Source: Basidiobolus meristosporus CBS 931.73
Taxonomy: Eukaryota; Fungi; Basidiobolomycota
DNA: 64,000 bases
Assembly: GCA_002104905.1 (NCBI GenBank)
Contig: MCFE01000374.1
Location: 20,824-84,823, forward strand
Reading direction: 5' to 3'
Under the pieces are notes generated by a model that saw nothing but the letters and a program-made list of their open reading frames with translations, ran no database searches and had not been told where the DNA came from. Shown here one piece after another: positions 1 to 13,108 of this stretch (its first letter is position 1; the number at the start of each line of letters is the position of its first letter). Made by a program: the position numbers and the translations under genes.

Positions 1-1369
1 GCCACTGGTCGCGGCGGTGGTGGCTGGTGTTGATGTGGTTGATGACCGTTATGCAAAGTGTACATTCCTCCATTCTGAGTGCCCTCTAGTCGTCGCTGCA
101 GAGTGTTGGCCTTGTTTTTGAGCCGCTGGTTTTTGCGCTCTAGACGCTTGATAAAGTCCACCGCCTTGAAGAGTATTGTGGACTTGCTGTTGTTCATGTC
201 TCGAAGGGATGGCACGATCTCCGTCAGATCACGGAACCCGGACCGAATCATATTGCGTCGCTTTTGCTCCGAGGCGATGTGGTTGGCCCTCTTCTCCTCC
301 TCCGTTAGTAGTTCTTTGTTGCCCTTGCGTGAGCGGTCTGACTTCGGGGTGTCCTCCTTCAGTTGGTCCATGGCGCTTGGCGTGGGTGACTGCGAGTTCT
401 GCCCGGTCTCCTGGTTCGAGTCGTTGTTCATGCTCGAGCGCGACTCGGGGCCAGCTTCCCTGATGGGCTTGCTAGTCTCGTGCTCTTTCTTCATGGAATA
501 CTTGCGTGGCTTGATGTCGCTGCCTTTCCGTTTGGCCGGGATGATGGGGCTGATCTGATTGGCGATATCCGTGTTGATATGCAATGGTAAGGCTATGGAT
601 GAGCTGCGCTTGATGGGCTTGGGGGGAGGGGAGTGGATATTCGTCGGCGTGAGGGCTTGGAGCGTGTGGCTATCGACAGGCGAGGGCATTCCGGAATGGT
701 GGTTCATGAATAAACTGGAGGGTGTGGTGGGGGCAGGAGTCGGTGTACCATGCATGCTAGGTTCTCTAGAATGTTGGTGGAGCATATCGTAGAGCGAAGA
801 GTGTACAGCGGATTTGTGTTGAGATTTCTCCATGGGAAACGTGTGGGGATGACTAGTGGAAGGTCCAGGGGTGAAGTAGTGGGCGTTGTCAAGGGTGGGC
901 GGTAGCGGATTCTCCGTGAAGAGGTTTTCCTCGAAAAAGATGTTGTCTAAGAAGTTGTCAAAAAACCGCTGCTCCGTTTCGTCAAAAAGCTTGGTGTTGG
1001 GGTTGGTGGCGGATCTAAGGGAGGGAGAAGAGGGGAGTGTTGCTAGGTCTTCCTCCGTCAAACCGAGTTGATGTCCAAGCTCTGGTGAGCAAGAATGACG
1101 GTTAGACAAGTATTGGGCATTCCGTGAACAAGGAAATTACCTCGGAGCTCTTGAGCCAAGTGTACGGATATCGAAGGGTCTGGAAGCGTAGCCAAGGGAT
1201 GTGATGGGATCGGCGGTGGTGAGATAGAAGGGGGAGCGAGTACTCCATGATTCATAGATTCCAACGGCGAAGGAGAGTGCAATTGCGAATGGTGAGGATA
1301 AGAATGGTATGCGGGGTGGTAAAGCCCAACGTTTGCATTCTGTGAGGGAGGTTTGTTGTTGGCATTCAA
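1..1369 (-). CDS. bHLH-ZIP transcription factor (Max/Mlx/Ino4-like); 3' end runs off the window, 5' start uncertain
   Basis: Minus strand near 80-320 reads ELLTEEEKRANHIASEQKRRNMIRSGFRDLTEIVPSLRDMNNSKSTILFKAVDFIKRLERKNQRL, a canonical bHLH plus zipper. One GT-AG intron at 1082-1140 (gtaatt...ctaac...cag) joins ORF 1058..1369 to the long exon. No stop before base 1. Confidence 0.9.
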
Positions 1370-2403
1370 CGGAAGTTTTGAGGGTTGGCGATGTTCGATG
1401 GATAATACCCAGAATTGTTCATTGCTATGTTACGATTGGTGTGGTTCATTGTTGGAGGATATATAGTAACTTCACAGGGTATTGACAAAGAGCGATAAAA
1501 TAATGGAGGGGGAAGAATAGAGAGAATCAGACTCAATCAATCAGTTGAAGCAAGTATCTATCCAACAATCGACAGAGAGGAGGGGTTGTGGGCTCTACCG
1601 TATGAGTTGAGGGAATTTTGCAGGTTAACTAACTCTGAAGCCAAGGGTTTGGCTATATGCGAGTGTTGTAAAGGTAGCACTAAGCAGAGTTGATGAAAAT
1701 GGCGAAGTAAAAATTGAGCACCAAAAGGACGGGGTGTGCTTAAGACTTCACCCAACTGTGCCCTGCCATTGGTGCAACAATCACCATTTTTGGATGTCCT
1801 ATAATGTTCACGTCTCAGACAGTGGGAAAATGATGTTGGTTAGCTAAATCTTAAAATATGCAAAACAACCCAAATATTAAGTGGATTCTAGGATCCCATT
1901 TTCACATGATTTTGGAAAACAATTGTTGGTTTAGAGTGTGGAATCGGCCAAGCGTGACATAATGTTTGTGGAATACACAACTGAAGGCGCTTCTATCTAG
2001 TTGGCTCACAAGGTTATGGTGCTTGCGATCAATCTTACAAACTTGAAACCTGATTCGACATGAAAGCCCGATAAAATATTTCTTCAAATGTTACATCAAA
2101 TAATTGATGTGGGAACAGTTGCTGTGTGTTTCCAGTGTTTTGTCAATGTTCTCTCCACTGTTTGTTGGCTGGTGGCTGCAGGCACTGGATTGGCCCAACT
2201 ATTGCACACTTGCCGAGATACCGAGAGATGCTCAGCCATGTAGGAATGTTTCATATAAGGAAAAGCATTGATTTATTTGAAGCGTGAATGTCCGTTTTAT
2301 GTCATTCGTTACTTTTACCTAGGATAGCGAATTAAGCTTAAAGTATACATAAATTGATACTCTTCCCTACTTTGACATAGAACTCTTTCTACAATAAAGT
2401 CAC

Positions 2404-4118
2404 ATGCTTTCATTTCCACATGCTACTTCTTCAATACGAAGGAGACATTCAATAGTGTTTCTGTGTGCTTTGAGCGTAATCATAAGTTATGCAGGTTTGG
2501 ACAGCAACTAATTAACTTCAGGAGAGGACATTCTGTTAACTGGTAAATACTTCATTCCAGATCGCTCCAACATTTCCATCGCTATCATACCTATGTCAGA
2601 AGAGTATTCATGGTCGTCTACAACACAGGGCCTCATACTGTCGGCCTTCTTTTACGGTTATATCTGTACTCAAGTTCTGGGAGGTTTTTTAGCGGATAAA
2701 TTCGGAGGAAAGAGTGTCCTAGCTTTAGGTATGTAAAATTTTCAAGTTTTAGTGCTGGGAACACATACTCAATGGAAAACCATATAAAGGTGCCTTTTTA
2801 TGGTCCCTTTTCACGCTGGCTACACCTTGGGTAGCTCACCACGTGTTCCTTCTATTTGCCTGTCGAATGCTGCTCGGTGCTGGAGAAGGTTTGTTAAGCA
2901 TCATAGCCTCTTCTCAAAGCACATTCTAAATAGGATTCCTCTTGTTTCAAAGGTCTCGGGTTTCCAGCAATCCACTCTTTAATAGCACAATGGATTCCGC
3001 ATCATGAGAGCTCTCGCGCAGTAGCTACCGTCACTGCTGCATCGTATGCTGGGGCAATTCTAGCACTCCTGATATCTGCGCCTATTGCGGCTTCGTCTCT
3101 TGGCTGGAAATGGATTTTCTACATTTTCGCAATTATGGGTTTCGGATGGAACATCCCGTGGTACATATTTGGCGCTAGCACCCCAGATCAATGCTCCGAA
3201 CTCTCATCATTGAGATCCATGTACGATGGCAAGAAAGATAACCAGATCCCATCGTACACGCCCCTAGGGGGTGACCTGGAGTCAGTGACCGAGGGAGGAG
3301 AGGAGTACCATAGAGACTTGGACAGCTCTAAGGCTGTGGGTGAAGAAGAGGTTCTAGTGCAGAACAACCAGCAGCGATTGGATAACAGGATTCCCTGGTG
3401 TAAGATCTTGCGAGCAAAAGAAGTCTGGGCTATATTGATCAACCAGTTTTGTAATTCCTGGGGATTTTACGTGCTTTTGAGTTGGTTGCCTACGTATTAC
3501 AAGGACGTATTCAATGTAGACTTGAATGAATTGGGCTATTTCTCAGGTACGTAGTTGGCTCAAGCTCTATCAGATTTCGTTTCTCACTATTGTCCTCAGT
3601 TTTGCCGTATATTGTACAAGGATTAGTTGGTCTAGCCAGTGGGTTTATTGGTGATTATGCAATTTATAGATTGGGGATACCTGTGGTTACTGTCCGTCGG
3701 GTTGCCCAGTGTGTCGGGATGCTGGGCCCAGGGGTGTTTCTCCTATTAGCGGGCTATACTGCCACTTCAGTTACCATCGGCATGGTTTATATATCCCTCG
3801 CATTAGGTTTCAACTCGCTCACTTTAATTGGTGTTTCCATTTCGCAGTTGGATATTGCTCCTAGGTTTGCTGGAATCATCTTTGGGATTGGGAACACTGC
3901 TGCTACACTTCCTGGTGGGTTACTGAGTAGTAAATTTCATTGCTTAGCTATTTCCCTGACAAACCATCATCAGGTATTCTAGGGTAACAGTGACTGGGCT
4001 TTTACTAGAGTCCAAAGAAGCGTGGCCGCTTGTTTTTGGATTGGCCGCAAGCTTCTATTTTGTTGGGGCCTGGACATGGCTTTTCTGGGGTGGAGGAAGT
4101 CAAATTGTTATACCATAG
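2404..4118 (+). CDS. MFS transporter, SLC17/anion:cation symporter (sialin/PHT4-like), about 5 introns
   Basis: Spliced translation MLSFP...ISYA|DRSNISIAIIPMSEEYSWSSTTQGLILSAFFYGYICTQVLGGFLADKFGGK; later WAILINQFCNSWGFYVLLSWLPTY and LDIAPRFAGIIFGIGNT; TAG at 4116-4118. Confidence 0.9.
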
Positions 4119-4316
4119 TGGCTACCTCGAAACTACTCAATGGTTCACGTTCTTCTGGTGTAGACTCGGCGTTTTCAACGCTGCATAAATTATTGAAACC
4201 AAATAGACGAAGTAAACTTTTATTCATCGTACAGGCAACCAGAGAGTCTCAACTTGTAATGAAGTTGTTTATCTGATGACTTTCCACTCCGGAACCTACT
4301 TCTCCTATCTATATGA

Positions 4317-5358
4317 CTAGTTGATTGCGCTCAAGCCTGACAGAATATTTTTGGATTGGAACCACAGAAAGGGGCTTTCTGGTGTATCCTGCTCCATATC
4401 AATAACACTCCCATCGGAGTGCAAGCTTATGATTTCCTCAGCATCTGCATCAACCTCATTGCTTATGTGGTTGCTTTCCAGTGTGATCACAGTAATCTTG
4501 CCTTTCAGCTTTGAGTAATTGAACATTTGTTTCGGAGTGAGAAAATCCAGTGGGTGTTCACGTGTTGTTTCTACCAATACGAAAGTGCGCGTTGGTCCTA
4601 GAGGCGGTCAAGATGCTCATCAATAGATTGGACATCCAATTGAGCATACATCGAAGCATACTTAATGTCGTTTCGTCGCTTAAATGTTGCACCAAGGTGC
4701 GAACCAGCTTTCGCTCACATGCATTGAGGATCTTCAAGTTATTGTTAAGATCAGTTGAGTGGATAGGAGGTAAAACGATCAGATATGCTGCTTTGGGGGT
4801 AGTGATGGTGGTTCCAATCAGCACCAAAAATCGGATTTGCCCCGCTTCTCCATTTTCTACACGCTGGCATGCCTTCTCTATATCCGCGAACAAAGCCTCC
4901 CCAGAGGCCAGCAACTACAAGCACGTCATTAGACAACGGGTACATGATTTAACTGAATATGTATTTACTTACATCGATGGCCTTTTTGTATTTTCGCTTG
5001 AAATGTTGTGGCTACAAAGGGAATTGATCTTAATCGAAGGGGTAGTTCAGACTGGATCTCAGCTGAGAGCCGAGTAAAACTTACGTTTTGGCTATTTCTC
5101 TCCATCTCTACCATGCTCTGGAGTTGCTCCCAAGAACTCATATGGGTTGAATAGGTACCTGTTAGCGTAAGTGTGTCAATCTCGAGTCCAAGAGCAAACC
5201 TACCATGGAAGCTGCCCTCGAATTAGAAGGATAAACTTTACAATCGTTTTCAGTAGCCGAGTGGTGATCTCTGGAATGAAGGGGGCATCTAGCTGAACTG
5301 TGATTTCCTCTAAGCTGGGCGGTGAGGTTTTAGAGGTCGCTCGGTTCATACTGCTCAT
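4317..5358 (-). CDS. MAD2L1BP: p31comet / MAD2L1-binding protein-like HORMA protein, spliced
   Basis: ATG at 5358 gives ...RLLKTIVKFILLIRGQLP(C)SWEQLQ; later exon ...IRFLVLIGTTITTPKAAY...CERKLVRTL. These resemble the p31comet motifs (ILYQRQQLP..YEQL; LILLG....PKE) as I recall them. One splice acceptor is ambiguous. Confidence 0.65.
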
Positions 5359-5566
5359 TGCATCGCCGCCAAATCCAAGTGATCACCGCGACACTGGTGG
5401 CACTATATATGATCATTGAGTCACCATTCACGAGAATAAACATGCATTTAACCAAACATCAATCAATGCAAATAGTGCGAGCTGATTTGAACTACCCACC
5501 AAGGTGGCATGGCAGTCATTCCATAATAATAAATAAAAAATACTCCAACTACATGCGGTCCGTGAG

Positions 5567-7797
5567 ATGGACTCAGTATTCACACACCGAACGTCAGACG
5601 TTCTTATCAACGAAAATGTCACCTTCGATACGCTGATATCAAATCCGTTGCTTTTGAAGGGACTAAACCAATCTGGCTATCGAAAGCCATCGCCCATTCA
5701 ACTGAAGGCCCTTCCCCTTGGTAGGCTCGGCCTGGATCTGGTGGCGCAAGCCAAATCCGGGACGGGAAAAACCATAGTATTTAGCGTCATCTCTTTGGAA
5801 GCAGTTAATTTGCATGTCAATTTTCCCCAGGTATACGCGTTCTACCATTTCACACGAAACAAACACCTTTCATTCAACTCACGCTTTCGAAATGAAGGTT
5901 CTCGTTTTGGCGCCAACAAGAGAAATTGCCGTACAAATCAAAGAGGTCATGACAGCTGTTGCGTCTTTCATCGAAGGTTTGCAAGTTCAGGTGTTCATTG
6001 GAGGTTTACCCATCTCGGAAGATCTATCCAAGCTACGAAATTGCCACATTGCCGTCGGAACTCCGGGTATTGCTCACTTTATTTCGAACGCCTACACAAT
6101 TGACTTCTGACAAGGGGTTGCTTTTTCTCAGGCAGAGTGCAAGCACTTATACAAGCCGGTTCTTTTCCCACTCATGCGCTCAAGCTGTTTGTCTTGGACG
6201 AGGCAGATAAATTGATGGAGGATGTATTCTTTGTTCAAATAGAGTAAGTGGCATGCAAAGCACCACGTCAAAAGGTGAACCCCAGGCTGTGTAGTTAACC
6301 GACGATTCGTTCCATCAGAGTAATCTATAAATCACTCCCACAAACCAAGCAATCCATGGCGTTTTCCGCAACTTATGACAACGGGCTATTGGAAAAGATA
6401 AACCGATTCGTTCACATGCCCCAGTATGTTATGCTTTGTTCGGAAACTCCCTCTCTTGAAGGTTGTATTGCCAAGAACAGCTAAGTCTGCCCAGGATAAT
6501 GTAATAACATTGGATTCCATCGCAGGGGTACAGCAGTACTACGAGGTTGTTTCCAGCGATGGTGACAGCAATGCGATTCAAAAGTTTGCTGCCTACAAGG
6601 GCAAGTTCAGACGCTTAGAAGAGCTTTTGAGCAAGGTTCCCTTTTACCAGTGTATCATATTCCTCAACCACCGTGGCAGGTATGTACGCAGTAGTCCAAG
6701 AGTAGCAGCATTTCATAGGAATCAACTCTCTTATGTGTATAGAGCAGTGGAATTGTCGGAGAATCTCACTCGTAAGGGATGGCCTGCGTTATACATTTCA
6801 GGTATTGTAGCATGCGGCCGATTTCCTACACCCACTATTCACATATCTTCACAGGGGGTTTAAATCAACGCGAGCGCCTAGCAACTTTATCAAAGGCTCG
6901 GAATTTTCAGTTACGAGTCTTGGTCTGCAGCGATCTGGTATTAAATTTCACTATGCTGGCGAATGAACGAAATATATTAACTGTAATGTAGATTGCTCGA
7001 GGTGTGGATATTGAAAGGGTGGATCTGGTTGTAAACCTCGATATGCCCAGAGATCCAGAGACATACTTCCATCGCGTAGGGAGAACAGGAAGATTTGGTA
7101 ATATACAGATGCCGCTTGGGTACCGAGCACTTCACTTACCTGAGTCATAGGCACACGAGGCCTTGCCGTTAGTTTTATCGATCAAAATGAGGTGACGGCG
7201 ATCCAGCGGCTTCAGCAGACATACGCAGTCAAATTGCAGCAGTTGCCCGGTATTGATAGCCATTACGCATAGGAGGAAAATCGTTGCTAATCGTATTTTA
7301 GATCAAATCACGGAAGAGCTTATTGAAAAGAAAGAACTTTCCACAGTGGACCACAAAGCGCTCCAAAAGCTTGAGGATATCCGAGCCAGCGCAAAGTTGG
7401 TAAGTTCCACCGATGTTTTTTCAGATGGTTTGGCTACCCTTTAACCTATACTTCGTAGGTTGCTTCAGACGAAGCGGATACATATAGCGAGGAGCCCGCA
7501 ACCAGAATCCCGGAAAGCATTCAGGACAGTCGCAGAAAGCCGAAAAAGGAGAGGAAACGCGATACACCGCATCAACAAACTAGTCCAAGTGATGTGCCTG
7601 CACCAACCTCGGACTCGCATAGTACTTTCCCTGTGTATGCCACTGAATATACCAGGCAACCCTATTATCCACCACAATATCACCAAACTCCCCCAAACAA
7701 CCCACATCCCATGATGTACCCTACCTACATGTACCAATCCAATACCCGGCCTAACACTCGCACTGCAACCTTCTTCCCCCCTGACCTGACATTTTAA
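5567..7797 (+). CDS. DDX20: DEAD-box RNA helicase, DDX20/Gemin3-like, many introns
   Basis: Q motif/motif [46 protein letters not shown]..., [42 protein letters not shown]. The '[10 protein letters not shown]' and 'DVL..E...F' context is typical of DDX20. Low-complexity Y/P/Q tail ends at TAA 7797. Confidence 0.85.
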
Positions 7798-8038
7798 CAA
7801 GGAGCACATCACATCCACCGAATGTAGAGCCAGGCTAATTGACTGGACCTCAATCCAAATTGGATAGGAATCTACTCAAGATCAGATCAAAATGAATAGA
7901 ATAAAAAAAAATCGATCTTAAAGTACCGGGGAAAGCGAATCCGCGAAAAAAAATTCCACCAAAAGTCACCACTGTAATCCCCCCACCGGCCCCGACTCTC
8001 TGTGTCAATAGAGTTGACTGAATCTTTTCAAATTCACC

Positions 8039-9225
8039 ATGTCCGACGTCGAGAAAGAAGTTCAAGAGATGCAAGAGGATACTGTACGTTCGCCTGATCC
8101 ATTACGTTCGTGTGTGTGTACGTGTGTCGTGCTGTATTTACTTACCTGTTCTCCAACTGTTACAACAGAGCCTCTTGTTCGATACTTCCATGAAGAAGAA
8201 AAAGAAGAAGAAGAAGGCCATCGTTGAAGAAGAGGCCGTTCCCGAGGAACCCCAACAAGAGCAAGAAGAGCAACAAGACGGAGAAGGTAGGTGATTCAGG
8301 AGAGGGCTCGGATCGAGTGGCTTACTGATCTATTCCAAAGTTGAGGAAGCCGAGGAGGATTCTTCAGCCATGTTCGCCGATTTGAAAAAGAAGAAGAAGA
8401 AGAAGGCTGTTAAGGAAGTGGAGGGTGAGGCTGAGGAGGAGCCTGCTTCCACCGAGGCCTTCGACTTCGGAGAGATGAAGAAGAAGAAGAAGAAGAAGTC
8501 CAAGAAGGCTGACATGGAGGCTTTCGAGGCCGACCTCAATGATGATGATGAAGAGGGCAAGAACGAGTCTAGCGAAAAGCCTGGTAAATTTTTACTTCCC
8601 ACCCGAGTTCTACCGAACCTCGACCTCTAACCCTTAATTTTCTCTCAGCCGGCAAAGATTCTTGGCTCGGTACCAACCGTGATTACACCTACCAAGAGCT
8701 CCTCGGCCGTATCGTCAACATCCTCAGACAGAACAACCCCGAGCTCATCTCTGAGAAGAGACGTTACACCATGGTTCCCCCCTCCATTCACAGAGATGGT
8801 AGTAAGAAGACCTCTTTCACCAACATCACCGATATCTGCAAGAGGTAAGACCCACTGGGGACCACGTCGCGACGCGACCGACGCTAACGCACTTTTTGGA
8901 AACTAGAATGCATCGTCAACCCGAGCATCTTATTCAGTTCCTCTTCGCCGAATTGGGTACCAGCGGTTCCGTGGACGGTCAAGGCAGCTTGATCATCAAG
9001 GGCCGTTTCCAGCAGAAGCAGATCGAGAACGTGTTGCGTAGATACATCGTCGAATACGTCACCTGTAAGACCTGCAAATCCCCCGACACCATTCTTACAA
9101 AGGAGAACCGTCTCTTCTTCTTACAGTGCGAGGCTTGCGGTTCCACCCGTTCCGTCTCCGCCATCAAGACTGGTTTCATGGCTCAAACCACCAAGAGAGC
9201 TGTTGCCCGTCGTGCTGCTGCTTAA
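8039..9225 (+). CDS. SUI3: Translation initiation factor eIF2 beta subunit
   Basis: Three poly-Lys boxes; C-terminal [18 protein letters not shown]...[16 protein letters not shown]...CEACGS zinc ribbon; several GT-AG introns. Confidence 0.97.
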
Positions 9226-9405
9226 ATCTGAATCTTCCAAACATGTCAATCTCTATAAAAACTTAGACACATCAAACCATGATTTCTGTTGTTAATGTTG
9301 TTGTTTCGAATGTATAATGATAGAAGAATATTGCTGGGTGGATTTATTATTTTAGTGATGTAAAGTACATGGCACCGGCTGAGGTCGGGGGTTTGGCGGA
9401 GTTCC

Positions 9406-12400
9406 CTACTCCTCACCTACCGAGAAGTTGGCCTTCTTGTGTAATCTACCCCCGCCACCAGCCTCCCCTACGTGGATGCCACTCTGCGCGCTAAGCTGCA
9501 ACTCGCCATTGATCTCCTCGACCCGCTTTTTCAACTTCTCGATCTCGCTGAGTTTCTTCTCGAGCTCCGCCACTTCATTGTCAACGGACATCCGCTCTTC
9601 CTTGGTTCCGATTCTGGAGAACTCCCAGCGGCCGTGGTCTCCTATCAATCGAAGCAGATACTTGTGATACTTGAACAACGTGGGTCGATGCGAGATGGTA
9701 ATCAGTGCTATGAGGGTGCAGACATCAGTTAGCAGGGCCGTTGGCTTGACTTGTTCTACTGAACCTACTTATTCCCATCTCCTTGGCATGGCTGTACATC
9801 AGGCCCTCGACGTCGGAGCTGACCGCACTGGTACATTCGTCCAAAATCGCGAACTTGGGATGGTGGTAGAACAGTCGGGCCATGTTCATCTACAAAACTC
9901 ATTTAGCTCACTCCTTCGATGGGGAGGTTGAGGTGGACTTACTCGCTGTTTCTCTCCGCCAGAGAATACATCCTTCCACTCCTTCACGGTCTCCCAGCCA
10001 CCTTCTCTTTCAGGGATATAGGCGAGGTGAACCGCTTTGAGGATCTCGAAGAGCTCCTGATCGGTACGGCCATCTTGCAGCATCTGTGCGTAGGTGTGTG
10101 GGTAGATCACTCTGGAATTTCCCCAAGTTAGTCATCAGGTTCATGTGGAGAATGGGTCTCGACGTTGACATACTGTTCGCGTAGAGTGCCCAAGGATAAA
10201 TAGGGTCTTTGAGGTATATAGAACATGTCGACGGGCTCCGGTTCTTCAAGAGTCCCACCTATACACGACATGTTGGTTGGTGAGTTTAGACCAATCTCGA
10301 TGTCCTACTGGAGGCTACTTACGGAACACTGGCCATAATCCACTGATCACTCGAGCGACAGATGTCTTGCCTACGCCGTTGGGACCGGTGATCAACAGAT
10401 GGTCGCCCTTGTTGATGTCCATGTTTAGGTTCTGCACAAGTAGCTCACCTCCTTTGACATTTGTAGGGTTGGGGGTGACGATGGGAACGTCCTTGAACTG
10501 GATCCCGTTGATCCCGTACTCCACGTGCCCGCGGATGTCGGTGAGGGAGTAGATCTCGTCGATTTTCTCTTGCAGCAATGCCTCGTCCACAGCGGAGGTA
10601 TACTCGTTGTTGTTCAATGAGTGCAGGACCGAGAGAAGATTGTACACTCGAGAGGTGAAGCCAGCCAACTCGGCCAGTTCCTTGTACGAGTACATGATAC
10701 GGCCACCGGCGTCTGCCAAAGAGATCATCAGCCTGGCCCATGGAGTTAGATGGAAGTGTGAAACATAGTCCTAGCATGCTACGTACCTCTTGTTGGTGAT
10801 GAAATCTTGGGTACGGGCCCCGGAGCGATCTTTCGAAGCATTCGAGCCTCCGGTCAGCTCCTGGCGTCCCCCTTTCCCACCCCATTGAGGAAAGAAGACC
10901 GGAATGGAGCAGACGCCCAACCCGATGGCGCTCCAGCAATACTTGATCACGAAGTCCTCAAACATGTTGTAGCCGATGCGGAGTTTGTATACCCGGTTCA
11001 CATGCCGAATTAGGTGCTGGTATGCTCGATTCAAGATCGATTTCTCAAGGTTGGCGCCATGATAAAACGCGATCTCCTCAGCATTCGTGATCAACCGGGT
11101 GTGAGCGGAGCGGAAGTCGCCCTAGACATTGAAACGCAGGTAAGTATATTTGTATCCTGGGGGTGAAGGGTCAACGATTATCTGGATGACCTCTAGTTTG
11201 GCCTCCTCAGCTGCCATTTTGCCAAATGCTGGGGAGATGGCTCGCAAGATGGAGGCGCTTAGGATGTAGTTGAAGAAGAGCCCAATCATCCCGGAGGCAC
11301 CAAGGCTACTTGCGAGTTGGTAGTTGAAGATGAACAAGTCTAACAAGGGCTTTCCGATGTTGGAGTACAGAGACGACAGGGAATCGCAGAATCTGGCGAT
11401 ATCGGTGGTGATGTATCTAAAGTGCACGTTAGACCGATGCCATGGGTCAAGCAATACTACCGCTGCTCTTACTGGTCAGGACCATCCACACGCCCATCAA
11501 GGTTGAGAAGCTTGTAATAGGTTTTCTTTGGGCTGAGGTAGAGATCATGCACATATCGTGTCAAACGAGTTCGGAATGCAATGGCCAGTTTGGACTGGAG
11601 ATAACGGATCTATTCAAGAGCAATGTTACCCATCGTATGCTTAGGCCTAGCCGACGGCTCTCAACTTACCATGCTATTCGTGTAAGTCGCTGGCACGGCA
11701 ATGGCAAACCAATAGCCGATTCCCTTGAGGAATTGCCGCCCATTTCCATGCACCTATTCCAAACAACATGTGAGCTCAAAGTCCATCCAAGGCTATCGCA
11801 ACCATCTCCACTCACCAGATCCTTCACGATTTTCCCGTCCAGCTTCGCAACCACGACACTCAACCAGGTTCTCAAGATCAAAAAGGCGGTGTGGAGCATC
11901 AGGATGAACACCTCTTTCGACCGCATGGACGGTATGATGATCATAAAAATCGCCTTCATCTGTCGGAAAAATTCATTATCCACGGCCACCTTGGTCCCAG
12001 GCTTGATGGCTTGGAAGTGTTCCCTGTGTTGCTCATACACCAAGTTCGACACCTTGTTCCCCATAGGGTGGTTCTTCTCTATGACAAGCCCTGAAGAAGC
12101 TCCGTTGGAGGTGGAGATGGTGGTTTTTTTGGCTTTCGAGTAACGGTACATGCGGTTTATCACTAGACCGCTTAAGGAAACCAGGAAGAGCAAGGTTCGC
12201 ACGTTAGCGCCCTGGCCCAATCGATCACGGCGCACGTTTACAGTCATGGCTGCCAATCAATCAGCGTATATGCTGGCAAGAAGAGTCTGGTTTGTAGAAG
12301 TAAGGTTAGTTTCTATCCAAGTTGGCAAGCTCCTGAATAGTGGTTTGGCAAGAATATCGAGGGCTTTCAACTGCACTGGGGCAACAAGGGAGAGAGGTGA

Positions 12401-12527
12401 AAATAAGGAAGCCCAGGTGAGAGGAATGATTCAATAAGTAAATACTGGATTACCACGACTGTGAAAATAGTACCTTTCCTAAAGAGGATAATATGGGTTG
12501 CTTTTTCGTGTTACTGCTGAGCTCCAT
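9406..12527 (-). CDS. PXA1: Peroxisomal half ABC transporter (ABCD family), Pxa1-type
   Basis: EAA region [49 protein letters not shown], Walker A GPNGVGKT, signature [14 protein letters not shown]; ATG at 12527 (MELSSNTKK...). Confidence 0.93.
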
Positions 12528-12705
12528 TCATGATCCCTAAACCCTGAGCCCTGACTCAATTTTGACATATGGTGGAATTGTATTCATTCGCATTCATTCA
12601 CATTCATCCACTTTACATATATTCCCACTAATCCCACCTTAATGGAAAATCCCTCCCTCCATTTCATCTCCCAACCAATCTGATTTGTGACCACGATTAC
12701 TGACA

Positions 12706-12905
12706 TCACATGCTTGCCATCAGTGGTGCAGTGGTGCAGTGGTGCATTAGTATCCTGTGGTTTTCACGAGGTTTGATCAATCGATTGATTGATTGATTAG
12801 TGGGATCTTCACATGTCACTACTTCTCACTAAAGATCATGTTACGCGTAACATCATGTGAAAGTCAGCCATGACATCAGCTGGTAAGATGCATAATGTTC
12901 ACATG
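12706..12905. promoter_or_regulatory. Cluster of four TCACATG/CATGTGA E-box motifs plus (CAGTGGTG)x3 and (GATT)n upstream of PXA1
   Basis: TCACATG at 12706, 12809, 12899; CATGTGA at 12854; tandem 8-mer at 12721-12744. Function is inferred. Confidence 0.45.
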
Positions 12906-13108
12906 CAAATGAAACACTCATTCTCTACTTTTAATTCACAGCGTACGAGTGGTGGTGGTACATTCACATCACAATCGAATACGTTCCACTGCTTATCATC
13001 AATTGCTTGCCCGTAGAAGTGTCAATCCCGTTGGGCATTATCTTGCTGGACCCGATTGGGAAGGAGAGTCAAGGAATTCACCGCATACTACCTGTATGCC
13101 ACCGAGTG

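Noticed and set aside
79-558. 159-aa plus-strand ORF
   Set aside because: Antisense shadow of the bHLH coding exon.
4550-5077. 175-aa plus-strand ORF
   Set aside because: Antisense to the p31comet-like gene; no motif.
11442-12143. 233-aa plus-strand ORF
   Set aside because: Antisense to PXA1 exons.
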